Shown here in pieces: positions 1 through 12,596 of a stretch of DNA of 64,000 bases; position 1 is the stretch's first letter, and every line of letters begins with the position of its first letter. The notes under the pieces are model-generated. The model saw only the letters and a program-made list of their open reading frames with translations. It was not told the DNA's origin and ran no database searches. Made by a program: the position numbers and the translations under genes. Source of the DNA: Okamejei kenojei (taxonomy: Eukaryota); NCBI GenBank assembly GCA_035221665.1, contig CM069159.1, forward strand, positions 23,622,001-23,686,000. The letters are read 5' to 3'.

Positions 1-549
1 GGGCCTGTCCCACCTAGAAGCGCGGAGGGGTATGTAGTTGTGCGCAACATCGCGCGGGGCTCCGAAATTTTCGTAGTGAACACAATCTTTGCACACCAAC
101 GGCCTGTCGCAGAACTAACGGCCAAAGTGGGACAGGCCCAAGACCCTGGCGCAACATCTCACCTTTAACAGCAGCAGAAGCAGGCAAATGATCGCCGAGC
201 TCGGCCTGGGGATCACGGCCGTTTCGGTCTGGATCCGCCCCCACTTCTACTCCCAGAGCAGGGCCAAGAAAATTGAAGATAGACACAAAATGCTGGAGTA
301 ACTCAGCGGAACCGGCAGCATCTCTGGAGAGAAGCAATGGGTGACGTTTCGGGTCGAGACACTTCTTTTCACCCATTGTTTCTCTCCAGAGATGCTGCCG
401 GTCCCGCTGAGTTACTCCAGCTTTGTGTCCATCGTCAAATGATGTCACGCGCTCCAGACGGCTGTGCGTACGCATGTAATCGAGCCCGACCTTCGCGAAC
501 ATGAGGTCGCGTAATTTGCGTGCCAAGGACACGCAAGTGGGACAGGCCC
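1..549. mobile_element. Non-autonomous DNA transposon (PIF/Harbinger-like MITE) with a nested Penelope-type short element
   Basis: Terminal inverted repeats GGGCCTGTCCCAC (1-13) and GTGGGACAGGCCC (537-549), the latter followed by TTA. There is an extra internal TIR copy at 127-139. GGG-starting TIRs with a TWA target are typical of PIF/Harbinger. The nested element is at about 276-433. Confidence 0.65.
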
Positions 550-3500
550 TTAAGTACAATCAAGAGTCAACCATTCAGGCCTTTGAGCCTGCTTTGATGT
601 TCATATCATCTTACATTCTTCAAGTCCACCTTTTCACCCGTTTCCCCTTACTCTTCATTCTCCGACTGATTAGATATCCATCCATCTCAGTGGACCCTCA
701 CAGACAATGGGCCAGGTGGTTCCAAAGATACATAACCCTCAGAAATAAAATCCTCACCTTAGCCTTAAAATGGTCACTTCACTATTCTGAAATCATGCAC
801 CCAGGTTCTGGACTGTCCCACAAGTGCAAACAACTCCTTAGCAGTTAGGAACACAAAGTGCTGGAGTAACTCAGTAGGCCAGGCATTATCTTTGGAGAAC
901 ATGTACATGTGACTTTTCGGGTCGAGACTCTTTAAGACTTAGCATGCGTAAAATTGGCACATTAATGAATGCTGACCGTTGTTGCAGCCTCTGAAGTTTG
1001 TCAATGATGCTGAGCAGTCCATCAAAATCTAAAAAGTGGATTATTCAAGTAATCCAACTAAAAAGACACTCTTGAAAAATGTGAAAACCAAATCTTGAAA
1101 CACAGCAGATGCATACCAGTGTTTCCACTCTGTGCACACTCCTGCATTCATCCACAAAAAAATCCGGCAGCTTACAGGCCTCTTTAGAAGCAGCTTCTCA
1201 ATTAAGAAGACATGGACAAGCTCGTTGCCCAATGCATCTATTGCAGGGTCTATCACTACGCACGTATTATTTGTGAAAGCCTTGCTCAGGCATCATCACA
1301 CGCGATCATCAATGATCATCACACGCGACAATAACATTGCACAGCTCTTATGCACAATGCAATGGCTTTGGCATTGCATGGCTCCTGCACAAATTACAAC
1401 CATTCTCTCATATTCTCAACAATACTAATAAAATATCAATCATCCCAAAAATTATTATTACTGTCCCAGAAACCAATGAACTGAAAGTGACCCAGAGCAA
1501 GATGTGATGGGAACACTTAATCCAAGAGATATGAAATTATGTTGGGGTTTTTATCATGAAGCAATAAGTTGGTGTTCCTTATTTCTCACCTTTCCTTGCC
1601 AAACTCCAGAAACATATAAGTATAAGTCAATCACAGAAATTATTTATTTTTATTCTCTATACTTTGAGCCACTCTGCAAACTGAATTTCCCGATTGCTAC
1701 TTCCCACTCAATATGTTGACATTCTGATTTGTTGCTTTCAAATGATTACAGAGATTGATTAATCTGTTATCCAAAACACACTTCCTTTCCAGGAGCGCAA
1801 ATGGAGATTTCACAAACAGATTCAAACTTCCATTGATCTGTTCATACAAGTTTCCAACTGAAGCTACCATATGCTATTTTCTTCCACAAGCACTAATTTC
1901 AATTCAATTTCAATTAATGTATAAAAATCACAAATTTAACCAACTTTTTGTTCAGAACCGAAACTTTCTTTCTAATCAGATCTCTGGATGTTCTGTCTAC
2001 CATGAATGGACCTACCGTAAAAACACTTCCACAATCTTTACCACTTGCACAATCCTATATTGTGCAGTAGATGGACTAATACCAGTAATATTAGCCATAC
2101 ATGAGGTAATGGGTATAAAATATTATTCCATTGCCATGTGATTTAATTGTGCCTTGGTCTCAACTGATGGGGAAACCAAACTTTTTTTGTGGATGTTTGG
2201 TTTAGAGATGCACAAAACTCACAACTTGGTGCAATTTTCAGAAAATAGTAAACCATGGAACGGTTCAACTACCCATTAGAAGGCTTTTCCTCATCTACTG
2301 GTTATTTAAATTCTTCCCAACAGAACTGAGGATCAAGATAACTTCACATAAATTAAAAACATGTTTTGAGAAACATAAAAGTTTATTTCTCTCCCACTGC
2401 ATATTCCGATCAATTACTTATACATTATTTATTAGAGACCCTATGAAGAGTTAGTTTGGTATAACAGGTAAAATACCACTATTTTATTTCAAAAAAGCCT
2501 TTAATAAAGCCAACAAGGATAGGAGTAATTCATGGGAGCATTAGCAAATAAACATTGACACCATCCCACATAAGGAGATGTTAAAGTAGAACAAATCAAA
2601 GAGATACAACTTGAAAGTGAGGTAAAGAAACTAATTCTGAAGCTCTTGCAAATGTTAGCTAAAGGCACGGACTAAACTTTGTGGAGCAATTAAATTCAGA
2701 AGTCAGGTGATCCGAATTGGACAAACTTAAAGTGTATATTAATCTCGTACATTTAGAGTGGCAGTTTTAATGTCTGGGCACTTGCAATTCTAATTCCTGG
2801 CATTGCTGTTATATCTTACCCCAACTCGCCGAAACACAGATGGAGTTGCTGTAAATTATTCTTGCAAAAAATACAAATTTTGATCTCGCTTATTAGTAGC
2901 AATCACAAAAATTCAAATAATTAAAGGCAAACATATGCTGTTACCACAGCGCATCTGCCTATTTTCATAATAGCAGGGCTCCTACAGCAAATAGGTCTTG
3001 ATTAAATTGTACAGTATATTCAGTTCATCATCCTCATACCATCTCTTTGAACAAACTATCCAATTACTCCCACTCCCTTGTTTCTTCCTCAGAGTCCTGT
3101 TAATTTCCGCCTTCAACTATGTCCAACTCTCGTTTGAACTTTATTAATGAGCCCACTTCCATTACCATTTCAGGCAAGTCCCGATCTTAACAATCTATAT
3201 TTAATAATTTATTTTATAATCTATACAAAATAATTATCATCACCCCTCTGCTCCTTTGACAATTCTATTGTACCCACTGGTATCCAGTAGCATTGACAGT
3301 GAGAAAGAGTTCCTCTTATTAACTCCATCAAAATACTTCATGATTTTGAACACCCGTATCAAATTCCTCCCTAATTTTTTTTCTCCACTATTTTTTTTTA
3401 AATGTCTTTAATGAACTCTTGCCATCTCAGGTACCACGCTGGTTAATATATACTGCACCCTTCCCAAACACTTGTGAAATACGACCAGAGTTTGAACACA

Positions 3501-3692
3501 AACAATACAGGGCACAATAATAAACTTAACATACAGCCAGATATTGTACAGGAACACCACGGGTGATCACACTGTATACTGTACATTCAAGCCCCATCCA
3601 ATCTATATTCCTTCCCTTCCCCCATTATCACGCCCTCCATTAATCCCCAGATTGATGGACTTTATGTTGTGCTGGTTCTTGTTCACTCTTAC

Positions 3693-3724
3693 CTCTCACT
3701 CAGCCCGGACGGTGTCACGCTCAT
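3693..3724 (-). CDS. ARHGEF12: ARHGEF12 (LARG) first coding exon; the rest of the gene lies left of the window
   Basis: The minus strand reads gccaaATGAGCGTGACACCGTCCGGGCTGAGTGAGAG|GTAAGA, giving MSVTPSGLSE(R): 32 nt with a strong donor. This matches the recalled mammalian N-terminus MSGTQSTITDR. It lies downstream of a CpG island and next to TLCD5 and POU2F3, as in human. Confidence 0.8.
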
Positions 3725-4299
3725 TTGGCTCCTCTCACTGATTCCTGTTCTTACAATTTATCCAATTCTCATTTTGTTTCGCAAAACCTTGATCGATTGT
3801 CAATAATCCAAGGAGAATATGGAACCATACAAAAACGTAAAATCTCTCAGACTCTTGGAACAGGTCTGTCCTGTTGAGGCTTCGGATTAATAAACTGGAT
3901 CAAAAAAGTCTCAGACCAGCCCAGAGCCAAGTCCAGGACTAAAGCCCATTCCAGAAACCGAGCCCAACCTTAACCCGGAACCAAGCGCTCCCGTTATTGC
4001 AGCTCCTACACGGTATCAATCAGGTTTTGACACTTATCAGTTCAATCTGACAATCCACCGTGATACTTATCGATTCGGTTTAATCCACTGTGGCATCGAG
4101 CAGTTATTGATCCACACTCATCATCCTGTGCAGTATTGATCAGGCGTTGATGCTTATCGATTCAGACTATTTTCCAGCGCCGCATCCATCAGAAGTCGAT
4201 TCAGTCTCATCATCCAGTATGGAACCGATATGATATCGATCTTCGGTGCGGATATCAATCCAGTCCCAGCTCGGAGGCCAAGTTTGGATCAGTTCGGTC

Positions 4300-5050
4300 C
4301 CGTTTCTCTATCGATGGCGTTTAGGGAGTAAGGCAGAGCCACGGTGGCTTTGTGGGCCGGGCTTGGGCTGCAGGCTCGGGAGGGCCCGGGGCTCTGCTGC
4401 CGGACACTGGCTGAACTCTAGGCCCTGGTCGCCCTAGGCCCGGCCAGGCCTGCGCCGCTCGGGCCCGGCTGGCGGTGGGTGTGGGTGTGGGTGCCGGCCG
4501 GCCTTTCCCCGCCTCACACTCCCACTCCCCCTCCCTCTCACACACTCACTCCCCCGGCTCCATCCCAAGCCCGGCGCTCGCTTCACTCCCCGATCGAACC
4601 CGGTGTTGAGGGGGAGGAGGGGGTCGCTTCCTGTTGTCGTTGATCCTCGGCGGGCGGGCGGTCAGTCCAGGTGGGGGTGGGGTGGGGGGGGGAGGGTGGC
4701 CCGGTGGTTGGAGGGGCGGCTCCGCTTCCACTCCCGCTCCCGCTCCGGATCGGCGCCCAGTTCCGCTCCGGTTGTTACTTTGTTACTTCGCTCGGACCGC
4801 CTCACCTCCGGCCGCTCGGCGCTGCTCCGTCCGCCGCCGCTCCGCCGCGCCCGTCCCTCAGCCGCCGCTCCCTCCGCCCCGCAAAGTAATCCCAGGGACG
4901 GGGGAGCCGGGGTGGAAGTCGGCGGCGGCCTCCACTCCACACACCCAGCCGGCCGGCCGGGCAGGAGGGGGCTCGGCTCCTAGACACAGCTGCAAACCCC
5001 ACTAGCCGCTACACTTAAACAGGGGAGAAGGAGAAAGAGGCAGACTGACT
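4300..5050 (-). promoter_or_regulatory. ARHGEF12: CpG island: promoter and 5' UTR of ARHGEF12
   Basis: Very GC- and CpG-rich, with GC boxes and (GGC)n-like runs, 0.6-1.3 kb upstream of the ATG at 3724. Confidence 0.8.
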
Positions 5051-5899
5051 GACTTTGTGTGTCCTGCTGGAAGAAGGCGTATCAAAACAACAATAATGGG
5101 AGATCAATCCTCGTCCAGACCCGGCGTCAGTCTAAGCGGGGAACCAGGCCGACTGGCCATTAATGGGGGCGCATCTCACACGGTCCCGATAATTCCAATT
5201 CTGCACTGGCTCTGGCCGGACAAAAATCTGACGCCTTCCTGACTAAGATACACGCCGCAGTCTGGCTTTGGAAACTTATTAATTCACCCATATTTACTAT
5301 GGGATTTGCTGATGACATTTGATAACTCCCACAAAAATACCTCAAGCCCCTGAGGTGGGCTGACGATTGCTCATTTTCAGCCCGGCGTGTTTATATAGGA
5401 TTCTTTAATATGCAGATATATCATAAAAAAAATATCGTACGCATAGTTCTAAAATAACAACAAAAATAGACATCCTATAGTCCCTGCCATCTCACTTCTC
5501 CACATAAAGACCATACATTGATTTTTTTTTACACCAGCTTTAACTCTTAAATAATTCCTTGTACGTTAACAAGTCTATTTATAAGTATGACATAAAGTAA
5601 TAAGGATGTTTATATTGGACAAAAGCCATGGCAGGAAACAAAAACGACATCAAATGCAACTGCCAGGCCCTTTGAGCTACTAAGATCAGTAAATGTTCTG
5701 CCTCACACATACAGCTCAAATGGAAAAGGCCTGAAATCGAGTCAGTTATGAGATAGGATACTCATACAGAACCAATACATTCATTTCCTTCTTGAACAAG
5801 TCCATAATCTTTTTTCCTGCAGTGCAATGTGTAAATCTCTCCAATCAGACTTACACCTCCACCACTGTAGAGCCCACATCAAAGTCATAAGTGTCCCAG

Positions 5900-6200
5900 C
5901 TGAATCACACTATGGTAATCTGTCCCTCCTTATTGTTCTCAGCCTGTCCATAACATTTAACAAAGTTGACCACACCGTTCTCCTCAGCTGTCTAAGGGAT
6001 AAAGGCAGCCCTTACTTGATTCCATTCCATTCTGTCCAACTGCATCCAAATAATACTTACAAAATGTTCTTTTTCCACTTCTGGACCTTTACCTTTAGAG
6101 TCAACAAGGGATCCAACTCCCCTCACCCGCACAATTATTTAGATTTGCTCCTCCTCAGTGAAAGAAAAATCATCCCACATGTACACTAGTTTTACGATTG
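5900..6200 (+). mobile_element. Degraded L2/CR1-clade LINE reverse transcriptase fragment
   Basis: The translation LSLLIVLSLSITFNKVDHTVLL resembles the RT motif LLDLSAAFDTVDH. Confidence 0.55.
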
Positions 6201-7149
6201 TCTCAAATCAGTAAAAATGCTGGAAACCTGTAATAAAAACAGAAAATGCTGGAAATATTCTCTAGGTCAGCTACATCTGTGGAAAGAGAAACAAAGTTAA
6301 TGTTTCAGTTCAAAGATGGCTTCTGCCTGAAATGCTGCCTCTGTCTCTCGTCAAACAGACTCAGACCAAGCTGCTGAGTATTTCCATTATTTGTGTTTTT
6401 ATTATATCAACCCATCTTGTTCCAATTTAAGTACACATCACTGAATTAAATAGATCAACCAATGATGTCTGTTCTTAACTGCCTGGATCCTAATTTTCTC
6501 TCTATATCTCACCCCACTAATTTTCTTTATGGCACCCACAAAAGGGTACTGGATCACCTCCCATAATATCTCATTATATGGTGCAAAAATTAAGCCTATG
6601 GTACAGTGTTGTGCAAATTCAACTTTTTGTTGCTAATTGGACCCCCATCTGCTAGGACTGAAACCCCAATATCTATTACAAAACCTAATATTACAGAATA
6701 CGATTGTAACCAAAAAGAAATAAGTAATTTTCCCAGCCTGCAGTCAAACTGTTCGGGATATTGGGAAAGAAAAATAGAATTATCTGACAATAGACACACA
6801 AGGGCTAGTTGTTTCTTGCGTTTGAGGCAGCAGAAGTCTGCAGCAGGGTGATGCCATCCGGTTCGACATCCGTAGGTGCCGATGACCATTCATTAACAGC
6901 AGCAACTGGTAACTCGAATTTCACTGTACCTTAATTTGTACATGTGTCAATGAACTGACCTTGAAACCTTGAACCTTGAAATTGGGTAGAATCAGTTTCT
7001 GTTACTGTAGATTACATTTTAATTTCTGACTGCTAGAATATCATGTTTGGTTGATTTAGATGCTGTTCTTTACCTTTAGTTCCAACTGGATTAATTTTTC
7101 GTCTGAGTGAATTCCAGTAGTCCATTTGATAACACTTGGACATCAGGTG

Positions 7150-8640
7150 AGGTCAAGTTAAATTTATTGTCATATGTGCAAGTATGGAGAAGAGCAGGTA
7201 CAATGGAAATCTTGCTTGCAGCAGCATCACAGGCACATAGACTCAGACCACACACAAAAACATAACATACATAAATTACACATATATTCTGCAAGACAGT
7301 AAAAAGAAAAAAGACTGTGCAAAACACAAGACATTGGTGCAAAATACAATTTGAAAAAAACAACAAATCCATGGGATTGCAAGTGATGACCTGTTGTGTT
7401 CTGCTGCTGAGGTAGGATTGTGCAGGTCGATTCAAGGACCTGATAGATGCATGAAAGTTGCTGCTCCTGAACCTGGTGGTGTGTGACTTCAGGCTTCTGT
7501 ACCTCCTGGCCTATGGTTCAAGTTCAAGTTCAAGAGAGTTTATTGTCATGTGTCCCAAATAGGACAATGAAATTCTTGCTCTGCTTCAGCACAATAGAAT
7601 ATTAACATAGAAAATAGGTGCAGGAGGAGGCCATTCGGCCCTTCGAGCCAGCACCGCCATTCATTGTGATCATGGCTGAATGTCCCCAATCAATAAACCC
7701 GTGTCTGCCTTCTCCCCATATCCCTTGACTCCACTAGCCCCTAGAGCTCTATCCAACTCTCTCTTAAATCCCTCCAGTGATCTGGCCTCCTCTGCCCTCT
7801 GTTGCAGGGAATTCCATAAATTCACAACTCTCTGGGTAAATAAGTTTTTCTCACCTCAGTCTTAAATGACCTCCCCTTTATTCTAAGACTGTGGCCCCTG
7901 GTTCTGGACTCACGCAACATTGGGAAATAATTTCCTGCATCTAGCTTGTCCAGTCCATAGGCAAGCATAAATAAATACAGAACAGATCAGTGTGTCCATA
8001 TACCATTGAATATATATATATACACACATGAATAAGCATATAAAGTGCAATAGGCTATTAAAGCAGATTTTTGTTTGAGTTGAGTTTAATAGTCTGATGG
8101 CTGTGGGGAAGAAGCTGTTCCTGAACCTGGATGTTGCAGATTTCAGGCTCCTGTACCTTCTACCTGAAGGCAGCAGAGAGATGAGTGTGTGGCCAGGATG
8201 CTGTGGGTCCTTGATGATGCTGCCAGCCTTTTTGAGGCAGCGACTGTGGTAGATCCCCTCGATGGTACGGAGGTCAGAGCCGATGATGGACTGGGCAGTG
8301 TTTACAACTTTTTGCAGTCTTTTCCGCTCCTGGGCACACAAGTTGCCGAACCATGCCACGATGCAACCTTGAGATTGGGTAGAATCAGTTTCCGTTACTG
8401 TAGATTAAATTTTAATTTCTGACTGCTAGAATATCATGTTTGGGTAATTTAGATGATGTTCTTTACCTTAAGTTCCAACTGGATTCCAACCAGCGAGAGA
8501 AGGACCTTACCCAGAGCATGGGGTTCCTTGATGATAGAAGCCACCATCTTGATGAAGATGTTTTCTATGGCAGGGAAGGCTGTGCCCATGATGGCCTGGG
8601 CTGAATCCATCACCCTCTGCATCCTCTTGTGTTCTAGTGC
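7150..8640 (-). mobile_element. Nested Rex1/Babar LINE 3' fragments with an inserted CR1 3' end
   Basis: ORF 7910-8359 (WFGN..QERKRLQKVVNTAQSIIG..HPGHTLISLLPSGRRYRS..RFRNSFFPTAIRLLN) is the typical Rex1/Babar C-terminus. An older copy is split between 7150-7517 and about 8490-8640. The CR1 tail is at about 7604-7957. Confidence 0.8.
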
Positions 8641-9099
8641 AGTGCTTCTTAAACTATTTCAGCGTCATTCACCCGTGAGTCTTTATCACAAAATTTCATT
8701 CACCCTCGACTACATTTTCTTAGGTTTTTTGGTAATTTTCGTCTTATTCTCATTGTGTATAATTTTATATATCATTTTGTCACATGAGCAAAAAACATAA
8801 ATTAACTCATTTCTTAAGTGTTTATTTTATTCAACTTTTTGAACATCCTAAAAATGTCTAAAGAAAATTAGGAGTGAGAAAAAAAAAAAGTTTAATTACC
8901 ACTGGAGTTCGAAAATCATTCTATTAGAATAATAAAAAAACATTCCAACGTCTAAACACTGGGCCTCAGCCCCATCCTACCCTTTCGGGCTTTGATTACT
9001 GCAGTTTTAAATATAAAAATATAAATATCTGAATAAATTAAGTCATCCACCCTTCATTCACCCCTCTAGTTTCACTTACCACAAAATAATTTCATTCGC

Positions 9100-9515
9100 C
9101 AGCTTAAGAAGCACTGTTCTAGTGCATTGGAATTGCCGAAACAGGCCATGATGCAACCAGTCCCGATACTTTCTACATTAAATCCATAGAAGTTTGTTAT
9201 AGTTTTCAATGACGTGCCAAATCTCTTCAATTTGTAAGAAAGTAGAGGCGCTGGCAAGCCTCTTTCATGATTTCATCTTTATGCCGGGCCCATGACAGGT
9301 CATCCGAGAAGTTAACGCCCAGGAATTTGAAGCTGCTAACACAAGTCCACTGCCGACTCACAAATTGAAATTGGTGCCTGGTCTCCCAATTTCCCCTTTC
9401 TGAAGTCCACAATTGGCTCCTTGGCTTTGTTGACATTGAACGAGAGGTAATTGTTGCAGCAACAGCCAACCAGGCATTCTATCTCTCTCTTGCATACTGA
9501 CTCATCACCCACCCA
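9100..9515 (-). mobile_element. Rex1/Babar LINE RT fragment
   Basis: Translations VSSFKFLGVNFSDDLSW..KEACQRLYFL and TNFY..VESI.TGCIMACFGN. Confidence 0.75.
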
Positions 9516-10149
9516 TGATTAATGTGGCAGGACCTATACGATAGGACATGTATAATAAATAGTAGGTTGTGGTGGTGTGGCACTGGTGGTGGTTGTGGCA
9601 GGAAGATGGGGGGGATGGGGGTAGTTTGGCACAATGTCGCAGAGACAATTTTCAAATTGAGATTACCACTCATAGAGAGAATTTAGAAATAATAGCAAGT
9701 TGGCATAAATTTGTTACATGCAAATCATGGCTACCTGACATAACCTGCTAAGTTATTCCTTTTAATACACAATATCAACTGCACCCATCTCCATCAACGG
9801 ATGACTGCAGTAGATATTGTATTCAAAGGGATAACTTGGCACAAAATTGATTAAAAGATAAGAGGTAGAGAGTGATTTTTTTTTCTGATTGAAGAATAGA
9901 TGCCATGGAAATTCCCAGGAATTGACTTTTGCACTAATGATTTTCTTGTTTATGTATATTCATTCACAGGATCCGGGCAACACTGGAAGAACAGCATTTA
10001 TCGTTCAGATCTAATTAAGCTGGGAAGGTGTCAGTGAGCCACCTGAACTGCTGCAGTCTCCTCTTGCTGAAATGTTGCACTTTGATCTCAACAATCTTCT
10101 TGCAAGAGTGGAGCTGCTCTTCAGTACTAATAGAAATCGGTTTAACCCC

Positions 10150-10325
10150 ACGATGACTGCACTAGAACTAAAACTCCAGAAGCCTGCCCCATGAGGCTCA
10201 TTCTGTCCCATCAGTGGGAGAATATGCAGTTTCCATACTGGTCACATTTGTCACCTCAGAACCCACAGAACTGGGGTGAAGTGGGTCATCCTCCATCTCA
10301 AGAGTCGGAGAAGACGAACTCTCGC
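10150..10325 (+). mobile_element. RTE-clade LINE 3' remnant
   Basis: The region around 10204-10270 translates to CPISGRICSFHTGHICHLRTH, a decayed form of the C-terminal C2H2-like motif of RTE ORFs. Confidence 0.55.
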
Positions 10326-10404
10326 AGTGCTTTCGTTAGATTCCACAATGATGAATGAACAACAAGTCAAGATGCATTTGTATGTATCTGATGAACCTGG
10401 TGGC

Positions 10405-10668
10405 TTAGAGTTTAGAGATACAATGTGGAAACAGGCTCTTTGGCCTATCTAGTTTGCGCCAACCAATGATCTCCCCCAGACTAGTTTAACCCTACACTCT
10501 AGGGACAATTTACAGAAGCCAACTAACCTACACACCCGCATATGTTTGGAATGTGGGAGGAAACCGGAGCACCCAGAGAAAACCCACGCGGTCACATGGA
10601 GATGTAATCAGGATCAAACCCGGGTCTCTGGCGCTGTAAGGCAGCAACTCCACTGCTGCGGCACTGTG
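10405..10668 (-). mobile_element. HE1/V-SINE-type tRNA-derived SINE
   Basis: Reverse complement of the consensus seen at 30938, 40279 and 55652: tRNA-like A/B boxes, a GTGGGTTTCCTCCGG core and a CR1-like tail. Confidence 0.75.
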
Positions 10669-10799
10669 CAGAAACGTAGGTTCTAGGTAATTTAAGTTGC
10701 AGATTTTTATATAACTGTCAAAGAAGCCTTGGAACGTACCAGAGGTGTTTTTCAATATTGGAGCCACAATGTCCCTGTCCTTGTAATCAAAGTGCATGG

Positions 10800-12250
10800 A
10801 AACAGCCTCTTCTGTGCACCATGTGTGAGGGCCATTACCTATAGTAATTCCAATTCACAGCACTCAGTGCATAGCCTTTCAAGTCTTGGTATTTCAATAG
10901 ATAATCCAAAGACTTTAAAAAATTTGTGAGAGTATTTCCTCCACTATCCTTTCAGGCATTGCATTTAATCTGAAAGGACTTTTGGCAAGTTCCCTCAAAG
11001 TATTCTACCTCTTATCTTAAACCAGAGCCTTCCCATTATAGACACTTCTGATAAGATTTTTTTTTCTCACTATGTGCCCTATCTATGGCTCTCCTTGTGT
11101 AGTTTACCTCCCTCTTCTTCTTCTTCTTGCGTATCGCATGCACAGCCTAAAGTTGTAGGACAACTTGTTCTATTGATCTTACTTGATTGTGCATGCCAGG
11201 TTGATTGCATTAGTCGAAACAGGGCGGACCACGTGAAGGTTGCAATCTCCCACCCCCACCTCACTCTGATTCCCCCTTTAGCCTTCTCTGCTCCAATGAA
11301 AACGAACCCAGCCTTTCTCTCTCTCCTCCTGTCTGAAGCACTCCACCTAGGCAACATACTGATAAACCTCCTCTGCACACTCTCTGCATTTACATCCTTC
11401 CATAATTGCACATAGTAATCCAAATGTAGTTTAATTAATGTTTTATTAAACTGTGCCATAACCTCCTTGCTCTTATACTTTATGCCAACTAATGACGGCA
11501 AGTATTCAGCAAGCCTTCTTAACTACCTTATCAACATTCACGACTCCTTGAACATGTGCACCAATATCCTGCTGTTTCTTCAGTACTTCCTCAAATCCTA
11601 CCATTCATTATATATATCCTATCTTATAAGTATTCCCACATGAATCATTTCACATTTTCAGGATTAAATTTTATCAGTCATTCCTCTGCCCAATATTTCA
11701 AGAGTAGTCTCCCCAGGGTCCAATATAATGTAGTAATCTTTACTCTGGAACCTAAATCTTACTGCAATAAAGGCCGACATATCATTTGCCTTCCTAATTG
11801 CTTGCAAACGGCACATTAACTTGCAATGATTCATGTACGCAGCTCGCTTTTAACACCAACACCTTTGATCAATCACCACGTAAAAACACTCCACTGATAT
11901 ATTTTCGCACTCATATTTTTCAACATTATATTCTATCTGCATGTCCTTATCTATTCACATCCAATATGCACCTACATGGATGTTCTGTGCATCCTCCTTA
12001 TAACCCCCTCTGGCACCCAGATTTATAACCATTGAACTTGGATAAATCATTCTAGGTCCCCTCATCTAAACCTATGATGATAAAGAGCTGTGGCCTCACC
12101 ACAGTTATCTGCAATATCTGAGTAACAACTTCTCAGTCACAAAATGAAATATGTATTCATACTCTGGTTTCTGTCCTTTAACCAATCCTGGATCAATGTC
12201 AGAATATTACTCAATTCCCTTATGCTCAAATTTTGTTTAATAACCAATTG
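10800..12250 (-). mobile_element. Degraded CR1 LINE with a short younger LINE 3' end inserted at about 11112-11258
   Basis: CR1 ORF2-like translation (KEVMAQFNKTLIKLHLDYYVQLW..ESVQRRFISMLP). The insert ends in a (GAA)n tail on the minus strand. Confidence 0.6.
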
Positions 12251-12596
12251 AGTGGTATTATATTGATCATAGAACAGTGAAATACAGTAACGGGCCATTC
12301 GGCCCACAATGTTTGTGCCGAACATGATGCCAAGTTAAACTGATCTCACCTGCCTGGATTCGAATCCCTACATTCCTATGTGTTTATCTAAAAGCCTCTT
12401 AAGCGCCACTATCATACCTGCCTCCACCACCACCCCTGGAATGCATTCCGGGCACACACTATTCTCAGTGTAAAATACTTGTCCCACATGTCTCGATTAA
12501 ACATTCTCCCTCTCACCTTATAGCTATGCCCTCTAGTGTTGGACATTTCCACACTAGGAAAACAGTTCTGAATGTCTATCCTATCTATGCCTCTCA

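Noticed and set aside
14-559. 181-aa minus-strand ORF
   Set aside because: It spans a MITE and a nested retroelement and shows no transposase motifs.
1205-1265. EDMDKLVAQCIYC, resembling an integrase CxxC motif
   Set aside because: Too short, with no upstream His pair or downstream DDE core.
4246-5005. Overlapping ORFs in the ARHGEF12 CpG island
   Set aside because: A by-product of high GC content, with no recognisable homology.
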